This document shows positions 1 to 12,619 of a DNA stretch of 64,000 nt, in pieces. This DNA is from Ramazzottius varieornatus. Lineage: Eukaryota > Animalia > Tardigrada. The stretch is from the NCBI GenBank assembly GCA_001949185.1, contig BDGG01000004.1, positions 4,621,777-4,685,776 on the forward strand, in the 5' to 3' direction. Made by a program: the position numbers and the translations under genes. The stretch's first letter is position 1, and every line of letters begins with the position of its first letter. The notes beneath the pieces are model-generated. The model was not told the DNA's origin, did not search any database, and was given only the letters and a program-made list of their open reading frames with translations.

Positions 1-846
1 TGTCACCTGCATCTCTAGAAGGCGAAAGGTGGTTAACGGAGTCCTTCAACGAAGACCGGAAGGATAAACTTACTATTGCCCAGAGTGCCCACTAGTCGGC
101 TGAGCGGCATTGGCCGAGAATAGGCGTATCGATGATTTAAACATTCCGTCTGAAGAAAGTTACTGCAAAGGAGGAACCATCAAACTTGACGTACAACTTG
201 AGTGGAAAAATGTCAGCTCAAAAGCCTTCGTTTCTGAGTTTTGCTAAACAACAAGATGCTTCTAGATGCTTCCGGAATTAACGATGGTAGTGCAAACGGA
301 ATTAAAGATGGTAGTTGCGATTGGAGCAACTAATGAAACAGAATTTAATGCTAATTTGACTTACTTGATAGTGCGAGCATCAGCAGTCAAACCAGCAATG
401 CCCACCCCGCAGTGCTCATCAATGGCAAATAGCTTCTTCTGATACGAAGCTAACTCAGATGGTACACGCTGTGAAGACGAAGATCCCTCGTAAGCTGCGA
501 TGGACATCAATCTGAATGTTAGAAGGACTGCTGTAGTTGTGCTTACCTTGACAGCGGCGATTGCGGCGTGAGTGGCATTCTTCATTCCCACGACAGCCGA
601 GCCTTGCTTCACCGCTTCCATGGCATATTCGATCTGATGCAGTCTTCCCTACAAAGAAGGATCATGCGGTCGTACGCCAGTGATCGTTCAAACTCAACGG
701 CAGTCTTACTTGTGGACTCCATACTGTCACGTCGTTGTCGTATTGGTTTCGAAACTGTCGAAAGGAAAACAAAATGAGCGTCAAAACAAGAGAAGACATT
801 CTGCTTACGTCGAAGCCCCTCTGCGATGAGATAGGAAACATACCAT
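1..846 (-). CDS. PSMA1: Proteasome subunit alpha type-1 (alpha6), 5' part; gene continues beyond window start
   Basis: ATG-only first coding exon (846-844). Spliced exons read [15 protein letters not shown] / [21 protein letters not shown] / [32 protein letters not shown] / [14 protein letters not shown], which is the alpha6 N-terminal signature. Confidence 0.95.
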
Positions 847-1873
847 TATGCCTCCTGCGGGGAATCCGGACGTCCCTTAAATCCCTGATGATCACTGACG
901 AGGAGCAAAGATGATACAAGTCGGTACAAGTCCGTTTCAAGAGTTCCACCAAATTTCGTCCACCGTCGTCGCTCTCTCCGACCCGCCTGAATCTCTGCGC
1001 TTGTCACGTACCAAGAAATCACTACCATGAGCGTCAGACTCAGAGCAACTCCTTCCGAACCACCAGATCCAAATACTGCCCACAAAATTCACACTTCGCA
1101 CAGGAAGAAATTTTAGAAAATCCAAACAGTGAAAATTTGTTAAGTCATCCTCCAGCCGAGCTGCAGTGATATCCTGATCCGCCCCTATGGCTTGCCAAAA
1201 GCACTTCATGCGCGTGTTTGGTCAGAGAACGTTCACTGATATCGAGGTACTTGGCTTGCTGGGCAGTGCTGGCCATGGGACATTTGGGATCATCGCCGGA
1301 ACCATGTCTACTACTGCAACCCTTTGGGTTGGGTAACCCATAGGAAAGACTCGTATTCCACTGTCCCGGAACTGAAGAAATGAAGGAATCGCGGAGGTCA
1401 CAATTCTTACAGTTTGTATGTTCTTTACTGAGCTCGTAATCGGTTTTAAGCCTGTTGACGATATATGATCTAGAAGCTTCGTCCGAGTGCATTTTGTTGT
1501 CCTGGCGAGCCACCGAGAGCTGGAAGAACCAGCGAGTCGCGGCTCAGCTAGTTATTTCAGACTGGAAGGTTCTTCGAAAGTGCGCGCCGATGTGGAGGTC
1601 TGACGTTGGATTGTCCGTTGTCGGATGCAACTAAGATGTAGAGAAGACAACTTCTGATGGCAAAACTTTTTGAATTGGCGCACTGTGAATAGTGTTGCAA
1701 TATGGAACCTGCTACCACTGGTTTATTATTATTAAAACAATAACAATTAAACCTTTCTGCACGAAAAAGGCACAGTCCAAAACTCTTTGGTCATTCAGTA
1801 CAGGAACTACAAAAAATACGGCGTTAATAAAAACAAAGTCTAACATCCGAGCTACGAAAATATAGCGGCTTTA

Positions 1874-4800
1874 TCAGTTTGGCTGCTTCTTAACAATGGT
1901 AATCTTTTGATTGTCACAAAAGTTTTCGGTGAAAGGAATACAGTTGAAGTATGAGCAGACTTCGCAGTCGTAAACTGGATGAATGTAGAAGAGGACGAAA
2001 AGAGCGGCCAGAAGAGCGATGGCCGTCATCAAAGAGAACAAGATGGTCCAGATTCGGCACCGACGGTTCCGTTCCCTGAAGGCCACATCCGGCAGCAGCG
2101 CCAGAGACAGCAGGAAACCGAAGATAAAACCCGAAAGATGTGCGTAGTTATCGGTCCACGGGAACAGACCGATACCAAACAGAAACAAGGCAATAAAGCC
2201 CATCCGTAATGTCTGCAAACAGAATGGTTCTCGCATGTCCGCTTATTAACTATAGAGATCTCTTACCGGTCTCCACGGCGTATCCAACAACTTCCACGAA
2301 TAAATTATCTCAACGAAAAGACAGGCGAAAACACCAAACTGGGAGCCCGAAGGTCCAACCTGTAATATACCAGGAGTGACATGACTGACGATACGAAAGG
2401 GATTCTGCACTACGCAATAAGACATTCAGGAAGAATGGAATAAGCACAGTACACACCTCGGCCACATAAGGAATGAAGATGGCACTGGCCAAGTTGCCAC
2501 CAAAACCACTAAGGATATAAATTAAGGCCATGCGAAGCCAACCGATCAGTTTTTCGGCATCTCGCATGATGAAGTACTGGAAGACGACGCTGATTAGCAA
2601 ATGCAGTATTCTGAAAGGAACAAGATACATCTGCTAGTACGGTAGTTCGACATATCAGTTGGCTGGGGCCTGTACATAAAGAAGACTATAAATTTCGAGC
2701 CAACCCTGCATGGAGGAATAAGCCGGTCCAGAGACGATAGAACTGATCCGGCACTTCCGGATCCAGAAAGGGTAACATGCCGCAAATCTTGTCCATACAT
2801 GACACCTGAGAACACAGCAGGGCGTCTTCGTGGAAGTAGCCTTGTACGAAGTCACAGTACTCTCGCGTCGTAATCTGACACTCGCCGCGGATGCCAGTAC
2901 AGCAAGGATGTCCCACCACCTGTCAATAAATATGACTCGATAATCCCATCATGTGAAACTGTCATTGGTTCCCCTTCGCCGCAACTATTCTTTCTTATCC
3001 GTCTTGACGGAAATTTCGAAGCAACATCAACCAATTCGCTATCAACTAAATTGTAATTTCCCTCGAAAATGTTTAGTTCTCGAAAGTAAACTTGACAAGA
3101 TGGAACTGACCTCGCACGTCATGTGAGGAGGTGCGGTAGACATGCTGATATTGGCTTTCGTTTTGCAGACGGGCCATCGAGTAATGTCGTCGGGCCAGGC
3201 GTGAGGGCCAGTCGAGACGGGGTCCTCGCAATACCGTGGATCAAGCCCACAGACCGAGCCTGATAACCGTTCGTCTGAGTGCTTTACGTTCCCCGGCCAT
3301 TTGTGGAAGGTCGCCATCGTCTTCTGCAGAGACGTAGAATGGAAGATTAAGGCACGGACGTTTAAAATTTTGTGAAAGAGGGAACTACCAACCGAACATT
3401 TCGAATGGGAGCTCTGGACACATCCACCACCATCATTGCGCACACAACAAGCTGTGTAGTTCTCGGCCGAACGGTCAGCTGCAATTTGTTCGGCAATCTT
3501 GGCGTCCTGTCTCATGCAAGGTCCGTACTTGGCCCCAAGATGGATCAGATGGTTCTGGAGGAAAGTTTGTTAATTAGCCGAAGTATGCATTCGACAATGG
3601 GTGATAACAACTCACAGCTCGCGGACCCAGCCAGAAGTTCTCCGGTTCCAAGTAGTCGACAGTCTCCAATGCCAGACTAGTTTCCAAGACCTGAAGACAT
3701 GTCATACTGTATATACCGGTCTGGGAGTCACTACGGAAATTTCTCAGGTTATTACCAAAGAAGACTGCTGCCTGAATCCAAAGCCAAAGGGTGCGAAGCC
3801 ATATACAGCGATGGAGACCAGCAGGACCAGTATCTGGACGGCGGTCACCCAATAAGTGAAGTACGGTCTGTAATACTACAAATGTAAAGGTTTCCAACCT
3901 GGAGCTAAACACTTGGCAGCATAAAGTCGGTTTCGTTTTTAAAGTCTAGTGTACGAGTACCTGTGATCTAGAAGGCTGGCCAGCTTTTCTTCTTGAGCTT
4001 TCACCTCGTCTCTCTTAAATCTAGAGGACCACGGGCAGATACGGCTCATAAAGTCCATGCCGGGAAAGCGCGACCGTTTGGGCTTTTTGATCACTTGAGC
4101 AACTATTTCTTTTGGTCCCATCAGGTCCGTCTCATCTTCGGGCTGGGCCATGGGAGCAGAACCTCTGGCATTGACACCACCCACCTCAACTGTCGGCTCG
4201 ACCAGTCTTCGCATACGCACTGCTGCTGGAGGGCGTTGTGAGAAGCCGCTGACGGCCATCAAGAAGGCCGGTGGGTGTTCCGGCTGACCGTGAGCTTCGT
4301 CGAAGAACCTTTCGTTCCTCAAGGTCACTGCCATTGTCTCATCTGGTTCAGGTGCCTTTAATCAAACAACAATTGAGCAACCCTTCAAACAATCGTACCA
4401 AGAACGTCGATATAAAATGTCTCGGAGAAGAATGAGTATCAAAAGACAGTGTGCGAAAAACTGTGGACATTAGGGGGAGTTCGTGGTTTTGGTGGTAAGG
4501 ATTCGACCCACCTCTTCGACGACGGTCGCAGGAAAGCTTAATATGCGTTCTGGTACGAGAGAAGGTTGGGTTTTGGGACGTTCGGAGGGTGCCACCGCCG
4601 CTTTGGCCACCTTCTTCCATGCCATTTGCGCCACCGATGGCTTTTTCCATAGCCGTAGAGTTTCGGCAGCCAGCTCCCTTTTGGGTCCATCTGTTTCGGT
4701 GTCAGGAATCATACCTAGCTCCGCATGGGAGGGAGTGACAGCTGGTTTCGATTGCTTGTTGCCCAGTCGTCGGGCTAGCGTGGCTCGCCGCGCGTCCCAC

Positions 4801-5321
4801 ACCGCCTTTCGCTCCTCCATGTCTTCTTCTGTTACCGTTTCCACCCCTAAAAAATGTGCTACAGCACTCTGAGAACGTCTCACACCTTGACTGACTGTCC
4901 TGCAAGATGAAAAGAATGTATTGCCTTCTCGCGACGATGTGTAAATTATAAAGGGTCGTTACGTACACCCACTCCTATAGTGTACGACAAAATTAACCGT
5001 TAAAAATGAGCGTAATACTGCAGCTGGAGATTGTTTGTGACTCGGCCAATGAGAATTATGTTTTGCTGCATGTGCAAATTTCACTGGCTTCATCCATCTG
5101 GCTCCATCAAACACCCATTTTTAACAGTTTATTTTGTCGTACACTGTAAAAGAGTATAATTATAGTTAAAAACATAAGAGTATCGGTAACTACTTTTACC
5201 TTCTTAACGAGCTCATTCCGCTAAGCTGTGATTTGTTCCCAGCGATGCTCTTAGATGACCCGCCAGCATCCGCAGCGGCAGCGCTAGCTGCCACAGGAAC
5301 GTCGGTCCTGTCACCCTCCAT
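1874..5321 (-). CDS. RHBDF: Inactive rhomboid protein (iRhom, RHBDF1/2-like), multi-exon
   Basis: Long cytosolic N-terminus, Cys-rich iRhom homology domain ([53 protein letters not shown]), [37 protein letters not shown] and a C-terminal YFNCIPF. Start ATG at 5321 is inferred from splice phase. Confidence 0.93.
4978..5146. mobile_element. Tc1/mariner-type MITE, family B, copy 1 (iRhom intron 1)
   Basis: Terminal inverted repeats of about 30 bp, (C/T)AGTGTACGACAAAATTAACCGTTAAAAATG ... CATTTTTAACAGTTTATTTTGTCGTACACTG, flanked by TA on both sides. An inverted homologous copy lies at 33999-34165. Confidence 0.85.
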
Positions 5322-6294
5322 GTCACCGTCAGAATAGTGTAACTACGTAGAAACTCATAGAGCACAGTGAAACTGATGTAACCTGCAAAACGCGTTAAGT
5401 ATAAACAATCTAACCTTCTTGGAGCTCGTAGCGAATGTTATCCTATGTACCTCATGTAGATCGTTCTGTAGGATAACATCTTCTCCGAGATGCCAGGCCG
5501 CAGTCAAGGGGTCATTTCGACGAGCTTCACAATTTCCCACTGCTTTCTGCAATACAGGAGGCCGATCTCGAGACGGTCAGCTGTCAGTCCTGGATAGCAC
5601 TCGCTTCACGGAATCATCGGACTGATTGGAATGCAAAAGAGCAAGGTAGGTTAGGTAGCTATAGTTTTACCTGTCGCGGCTGACGGAGCTGTCTACATGA
5701 CGGTCCTCATAACGTCTAATATGACTTATGGTCCGATTTCACCGCACATATCGCGAGGTGACGCATGCACTCGATATTGCAAGGTAAACAAACGCCTTCC
5801 CTCTCGGGCACTTCAAAGTCTAGGCATGATTCATCCGTTACAGCAGTAGCCAATCAAGCAGTTACATCAATCAACCTGGCGAACGCAGGGCGGGGGGCCG
5901 CGGAGGAAGCTCTGTAAAGCCCCGGTTGGGCTCATGTCTCAGTGAAACGGAGGCGGATGCGGAGCGAGATCGGTGTTCCTGACGCACAGGGCAAGCCGTC
6001 CGGCGACGTCACCACCCTAATTGTTGTGTCATGTCACATCAGCATTTTGACTTGGAAGCAGAATAGAAGAATTTGGTCGTCTGTGCTTTGCAGATTGGAA
6101 GTGTTTCTGTTGACCTAAGAATCCGGAGAAGACTGCTGAGAAGCCTGATAGTACTACGAACTATTCAGCTGAACAAGAGCGGAAAGAGAATCCGGAGAAA
6201 CCCAGCTGGGTCTCGCCACCAACTATTCAGACAGCCAGTTGAAAGAATCTCCTCCTCCTCCTTCTACCTGTCTTCACCTGCTGTCTCGTCAACC

Positions 6295-7568
6295 ATGAAT
6301 CCCGAATAGTAAGTTTAAGTTTCTTCCTGGAATGCCTAGTTTGTGCTGGAACAGGAGTCAAGACGGCCCTTAGACCTGAAAATGGCCAGGGAAAGCCCGA
6401 TGAACTCAAGGCATAAACATACGCACACGATCTGAAAGCACCAGAGTCGTCATTGATTGGTTCCGTTTTCCTTTCAGTGATTACCTCTTCAAGCTGCTGC
6501 TGATTGGAGATTCTGGAGTTGGAAAGTCATGTCTCCTCTTGCGATTTGCGGTAAGAAAGAGTATTTTACATTCATCAGAGGTAAACGGACTAAAGTACGC
6601 TTTCGTCTTGTCAGGACGACACGTATACGGAAAGCTACATCAGTACCATTGGGGTGGATTTTGTAAGTCCAGATTGACCTCCTCCCAAGTGTCACCCTCT
6701 GAATCCCTTCGCGCATTGTTGGGATATTTCAGAAAATTAGGACGATAGAACTGGATGGGAAAACGATCAAGTTACAGATTGTAAGTGACGAAAACAGAAT
6801 GGGACTTTTACCAAAATGCTAATACCCAGCAGGTTAACTAGTATCGATTACAAGTTGGATTTCTTTTTCTAGTGGGATACTGCTGGTCAGGAGCGTTTCC
6901 GGACGATTACATCATCGTACTATCGTGGGGCACATGGCATTATTGTCGTTTATGATATCACTGATCAAGTAAGCGTAACGTTCTCCTTTGATTGGAATCA
7001 CGTATGGTGCATGACCTGATCTTCCTTCTCCCATAGGACACGTTCCACAATGTCAAGCAGTGGCTGCAGGAAATCGATCGTTATGCTTCGGAAAATGTGA
7101 ACAAGCTTCTGGTCGGCAACAAGTGTGACTTGACGGCCAAAAGAGTCGTCGAACACCAGACGGCGAAAGTAAGCCTGATAGTATTCAGGAGCTATATGTT
7201 TTCTTAAGTGCCTTCAATATAACTGGCTGAAATGGGGGCGCCGCTTGATAAAACGATTTCGTCGGGTTCCTTTGCCTGAGTCTGTTTCTTTGTCTAGATG
7301 AATCAATTTTTACGAGCTCTTGAATCGTCATGAACTGCTCGTTTCTGACTTATGCTCTTTTCCATTACAGGAATATGCTGACTCTTTGGGTATCCCCTTC
7401 CTGGAGACGAGTGCCAAGAGCGCAACGAATGTGGAGCAAGCTTTCATGACGATGGCGGCCGAGATTAAGAATCGCGTCGGACCACAACAAATGGGCGCTA
7501 CCGAGAAGACACCCAGGATAACTGCCGGCAGTACTCCTGTCAAGCAGAGCAGCGGTGGATGCTGCTAG
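6295..7568 (+). CDS. RAB1: Ras-related protein Rab-1, multi-exon
   Basis: [83 protein letters not shown] ... NKCD ... ETSAK ... GGCC. Confidence 0.97.
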
Positions 7569-8176
7569 ATAGCCATCCGGTTAGTCCCCTGTCCATCGCT
7601 TGACAAAGGCAAGAGTCAAACATTTCCATAATGTACCGTCAGTTGCAGCCACTTATACGAATATAACCTTCTTTTCTTGGTTGAGGTCGGAGTGTCCGAG
7701 TAGCGTCACCCTTTCGGTCGCGTTTTTAGCTAATGTTTCTGTGCTCCCCATCATTGCATACAACCACAGCTCTATCTTTCCAACATTCTAAAGATATAAT
7801 TATCTTAATGCAGACAGGTCTCTCAGATATCATTTTATACCATCTTACACTTTTGGGCTTTTTAACAATATCTTGAGGCTGCTCTCTGATTTGCTAGCTT
7901 TATCCATAGTCTCTCGGTGTCTTTTTACTATCAATGTTCATCAGGAAGATGTCCTATTCTGGTGGTTTTCGGGGTATGTGTACAAAGTTGGCGCTCAGCA
8001 GGCATTTGGCACCTTAGCAACCTCCAAGGAGACTTGGAGGACGTCTGGGTGCACAGACCCTGGCTATGGCTGGAAAACCAGACATGACGCTGTTTGGCTC
8101 AAGTTAGAAATGGGAAGATGCAGTGGCACTGTGGGGAGGATGTAACGTTATTTATGGCGCTGAAGGCTACGTGATC

Positions 8177-10793
8177 ATGACCAAGACCATTGGTACCAAG
8201 AAAGGAAAACGAAACCACACTGCCACTCATGATCTCTTGATCGACTTGACTAATCCAGGAGTTTCCTCGGTAAGTTGCCGGTAATTTTAGTACGATCGGT
8301 AGTGTTGAGGACTCTGTAACGTTGTGCTATGATTGCAGGAAGAAGTGTCCTTTGTCTTTACGCAGTGGGGAAAAGTACGTGATGTGTATCGGCCGTACGA
8401 GGATCGTAACTATCGGTGTGTGCCTCTGGTTAGACTTTTCCTTCCTTGACAGAATTTGATTACCAGTAGATGCAACCTAAGCGGCAATTCTTCGCAACAT
8501 GCCGCCCCTTTGTTGAAGATTTGTGCGTTTCGAGAGGAAGGAAGACATGAAGGCCGCTCTGCGCGGGTACCAGGACGGTAGCCTGCGATATCTCCAGCCG
8601 GACTGGCATCAGTGCACCGTCTATGAATCGCCCAGCAATTCTCTTTTTGAAGTTATTGTTCGTGATGTCCCTGCCGAAATCACCGATGTAAGTCATGCAT
8701 GCTGAAGCTCTGTCGTTGTTGCGGTTCAGTCCCGGTACTTCGACGCTACGATACTTTGCTGATATTCACGTTGCACGTTTGATTTGGCGATCTGTCATAG
8801 ACATGTCCACAATCGATGTTTTCCATGTTGTTGCTTTCAGAAAGAATGGTACGACTGCATAATGCACTATGGAAATATTCGAGCCTTGCAACGTATTCCG
8901 GAACAGCATTCCGGGCTGGTCGACATGTAAGGATCCTAATGTGCAAGGCTCATTGCTGGGTCCTAAGTTACCTGGAGTTTTACGTCTCGCTCTAATACAA
9001 GCTTAAACGGTGTTACATGCGTCCATTCTGTGTCAGGTTTATAGCGATGGAAGACCAGCGTTCCCATAACGTTATCAAAGCCTTGCTGATCACTTTGGGC
9101 AAGTACAACGCAACATTGTCCGACATCTTTTACGGGACGTTCGTCCCTCCTGCCGCCTTTTCCGCCGGCGACTCGACCGGCCTTAAAGAGTCACCATCTT
9201 CCGGGAAGCTATCGTCACTTCGAGCTTTACGTGACTTCCGGTCAGCTGCTACCGGTATCACACCGATTCTTAGTCCGAGCGAGACAGCAACTCGGTTACG
9301 GACCAAAGAAGAGCCATTCCAGGCTGTGCTGAAGCGTCACGATGGACTGCCCAATATCCGAACCAAGACAATTGAGTTCCCTCGAGTTCCCGTCACGCTC
9401 TTGACCAGAACACGAGCCAACCAAGCTTTCCTGCCTTATAACCTCCTTCATCACCCTGAGGAGAAGAAGAGCCCGGTCAGGAAAGAGACCAGGAAGGACC
9501 CCAGTGACAAATGGTTCAGTTGTGGGGAAGAGTGTGTTAGCGAGAGCCCCAAGCCAATGCCGGTCCAGCAGCCGATGTTTCAGTACTTTAGAGCACACAG
9601 GGAACCAGAGAACGAATGCAGCTTCCTGACCGACGCCAAGGTTATGCCGCGCTGTGAGTCAACGGTGCTGAATGCAAGTCCAGGAAGGGGACGATCGGGG
9701 AGTGCCGTCAGCAGGAAGGACAGCTGTATTATGGAAGAGTCACATTCTCCGCACCAACCGCAAAGTCCCAATCGATGGAACCTTCAACCCGTCCATTCTT
9801 CGCCCATCCGACGTGGCTCGCAAAGACTGCGTCATCGAGAGAATCGGAAAGGTACCCTTTCTGAGCCAATATTTCGAAACCTCTGCAAACAAACTCGACA
9901 CGATTGTTTCCGAAGTAGCGCACTTTTTTACTGTTGTTGGCTAACAGTCTGCGCCACTTGGAAAAATATTCTCGTCAAGCTTGTTAGCCCAGCTCTCAGA
10001 TTTCAGGGAGCAGCAATGTCAGTCATTCTAGCCGCTCCGATCAAACAACTCCAAACGCTCATTCCGTTCATTGTACGTGAATGTTTTCCTCATGAGATAA
10101 TTCTACGTTCTGATGCGTAGATTACAAAAGGCGCAAGCGGCGAGAATCAACTCTTGCCGATTCCTTCAGTAATGGGTCCTCACAGTCAAACTCCAAATCT
10201 CCACAAGCCATGTACTCGGCATTGGGTAACCGTCAACTTCCCAGAAGTCACCCAGAAGACCACCATGGACTCCATCCAGAACCCTATAGCAAGATCAAAG
10301 AGCACTACAGACGATACGGCTCCGATCCGACTTCCTTGAAACAATTTATGCAGTCTCGTAATATGGAACCACTCCGAGATCCGTCTTTACCTCAGGCCAG
10401 AAAGCTGGCAAACTCGTTGTCATCGACTGTGGATGCGAGTCAGCCTGCGGAGGACCAGTATATGCCGTAAGTCTATATTCTTCGTTTTGGGTGCCCATCA
10501 AGCTGACCAAAGGTTCATGATGTAGATCGGGCAACCATGAGGATGCGAACAAGCTTCCACAGGCGCCGGCTTCCCTCATGGGCGTACCTTTCCCATGTGA
10601 TCAGGCTCCGCTGCGAGATTACTACAACACTGCGAAAATGGAAGGTCGCGTTGTCACTCTCCGCTTTTCCGAGAGCAAAACTTCCGGTCTTCCCGCTGTG
10701 CCTTTGAAGGACAATGAGCTTACACCGGAAGAACGGATCGAAGAAAAGTTACTGATAGCCAAATGGCAACGAGGTGCGTACCCACTGTTGTGA
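8177..10793 (+). CDS. Protein with two divergent N-terminal RRM-like domains and a long low-complexity tail; 3' end uncertain
   Basis: Spliced exons give EEVSFVFTQWGKVRDVYRP..RFVRFERKEDMKAAL and EVIVRDVPAEITDKEWYDCIMHYGNIRALQ, a pattern like RNP2/RNP1. They continue into the 9017-10120 ORF and later exons. Confidence 0.55.
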
Positions 10794-12619
10794 GTAAGAT
10801 TTTGGTTGGTTAATGGGCTACGCCCGTCGACTCGAGACCAACCGGAGCTAGATCAGTCCTCCCCTAAGTTTTTATCATCATATTTTGGCTTCCAGCACAT
10901 CGTATATTTCAACTGCGCAAGAGCAAGCTTGTACGGGAGAAGTCGCCATGTCGTCGTTCGGTGTCTCCCTTGTACCGTTCAAAGCCCCTTTCTTCCTCGA
11001 CGTTGGTCACTAGACGTGCCTATGTCGAGATCTCGGATAAGCTGAGTAATGCCAGTCTGAGATCCAATGGGGGACCTCGGCGACTCCATGTAGAGTCACA
11101 CAAGCCCTTTAGTCGATTAAGCTCTCTTTTCTCCCAGAGTTCAGACCATTGTACTTCCTCGTCCGTCAACGACGACCGGCAATCCGCTTGTCGCGTCTCT
11201 GTAATGCAAAATACCTGATACTTTTCTCAAAGCCTTTCTCTATACTCTGTTCATCCTCTCCTGACGATCCCATGTCGCTGCCCAGTTGGAGCATAGCTCT
11301 TTGTGATTTGATCGCTCTTTGCTGTTGTATGGATGGGTTGATTGATATCAGTCGATTCTTTTTGTAGTAGAATTTTGTCATTTCTTGTGGTTTCGTTCCG
11401 GAGCTGTACGCTCCGCATTTCCCTCATGACCGATCGATGTTCCATTTATGGGATGATAGTGTACTATCTGTTAAGGTGACGAACGTAGACTGTCTGGAAC
11501 CAATAGACCAGTGATGGTCAAGACCTCCACCAAATAGTGGATGGGCGAAGTATCGTGCGTGAAGTACTACCTGTAGCTGCTACCATGTACACTTGAAGTG
11601 TGTTACAAAGCAGAGTGCCAAATGAAAATTCATCTCATTCGATGCAACAACTGCTCCTTCAATCTGTCTATGGCAGCCGCAGCAATCTCACAATGCATCG
11701 TTACACAGAACACATATTTTTATGCTAAAACCGGTGCACGAAAATGTAGATACCGCTGGAACTCCTCAGGTCAAACCAACCTCGCGAATTGGCGATGGCA
11801 GTTTGCCAGCCGCTCATTGAAACAACAGGAAGATTAGGTCTGTTCTGTATATCAACACGAAATTTTTGCCCCTTAAAATTCATCAACTGCCATAGATCTT
11901 TTTCGCTGTCAGTTTACTGTTTTCTCGGCACATGCCGCCTGACGGCAACTTTTTCAGTTTCTCGTACGTGTTCTCGTAGAACACACCACAGTGCAGTTGT
12001 GCATGCCATGGAAAGATGAGCGGTTCGTTAGATGGGACACCCACGATGACCTGTCAGGATAATCCGGTTGACATCATATACCCTTGTAGTGACTGTTTTC
12101 AAGTTATCGAGGAGCTGCGCTACCTATCTAGCAAAAGTTTGCGCGGGGTTGGTCGGGTTAACGTTGCAGATTAAACAGCGGGCCGAGGAAATAATTTTGC
12201 TGATGTAGTAACGGATGTACCCGTGTTTATTTAACAATTATTTAAGACAAAGCACATTGGAGTGCTTCCATCATTCGTGATTCATCAAAAGTCAACAACT
12301 TTTACACGTCCACTGAATTAATCGAGTTCCCGACATAAGTACCACGGGTAACACTTCTTCCACCGTTTATTTCAACCACGAAGCTTCAGGTTTTCGTTAT
12401 TCGATTTTTGCAACACACTTTCTCCAGTTCATTCGAGTTTTGAGATACTGAAAAATTTTCTCTTGCCACGCATTGGTTCAGAAGCTTGGCGCGCTATCTG
12501 AATAGCATTGTCTATAAACTCTGGGAGCACCTCCTTGTTCGGCCTGGGCTCGCCGTCTACCTCGTGGAATTTTATCATATCGCAGCCAGGCAGCCTGTCT
12601 TCCTGGACATTGGTGTGAA

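Noticed and set aside
1145-1513. 122-aa minus-strand ORF upstream of PSMA1
   Set aside because: Non-ATG start in the ORF track, no recognisable domain and no clear splice support.
7290-7350. Possible C/D-box snoRNA in a Rab1 intron
   Set aside because: No proper RUGAUGA box or terminal stem. The intron's extra length is explained by a degenerate family A element at about 7187-7285.
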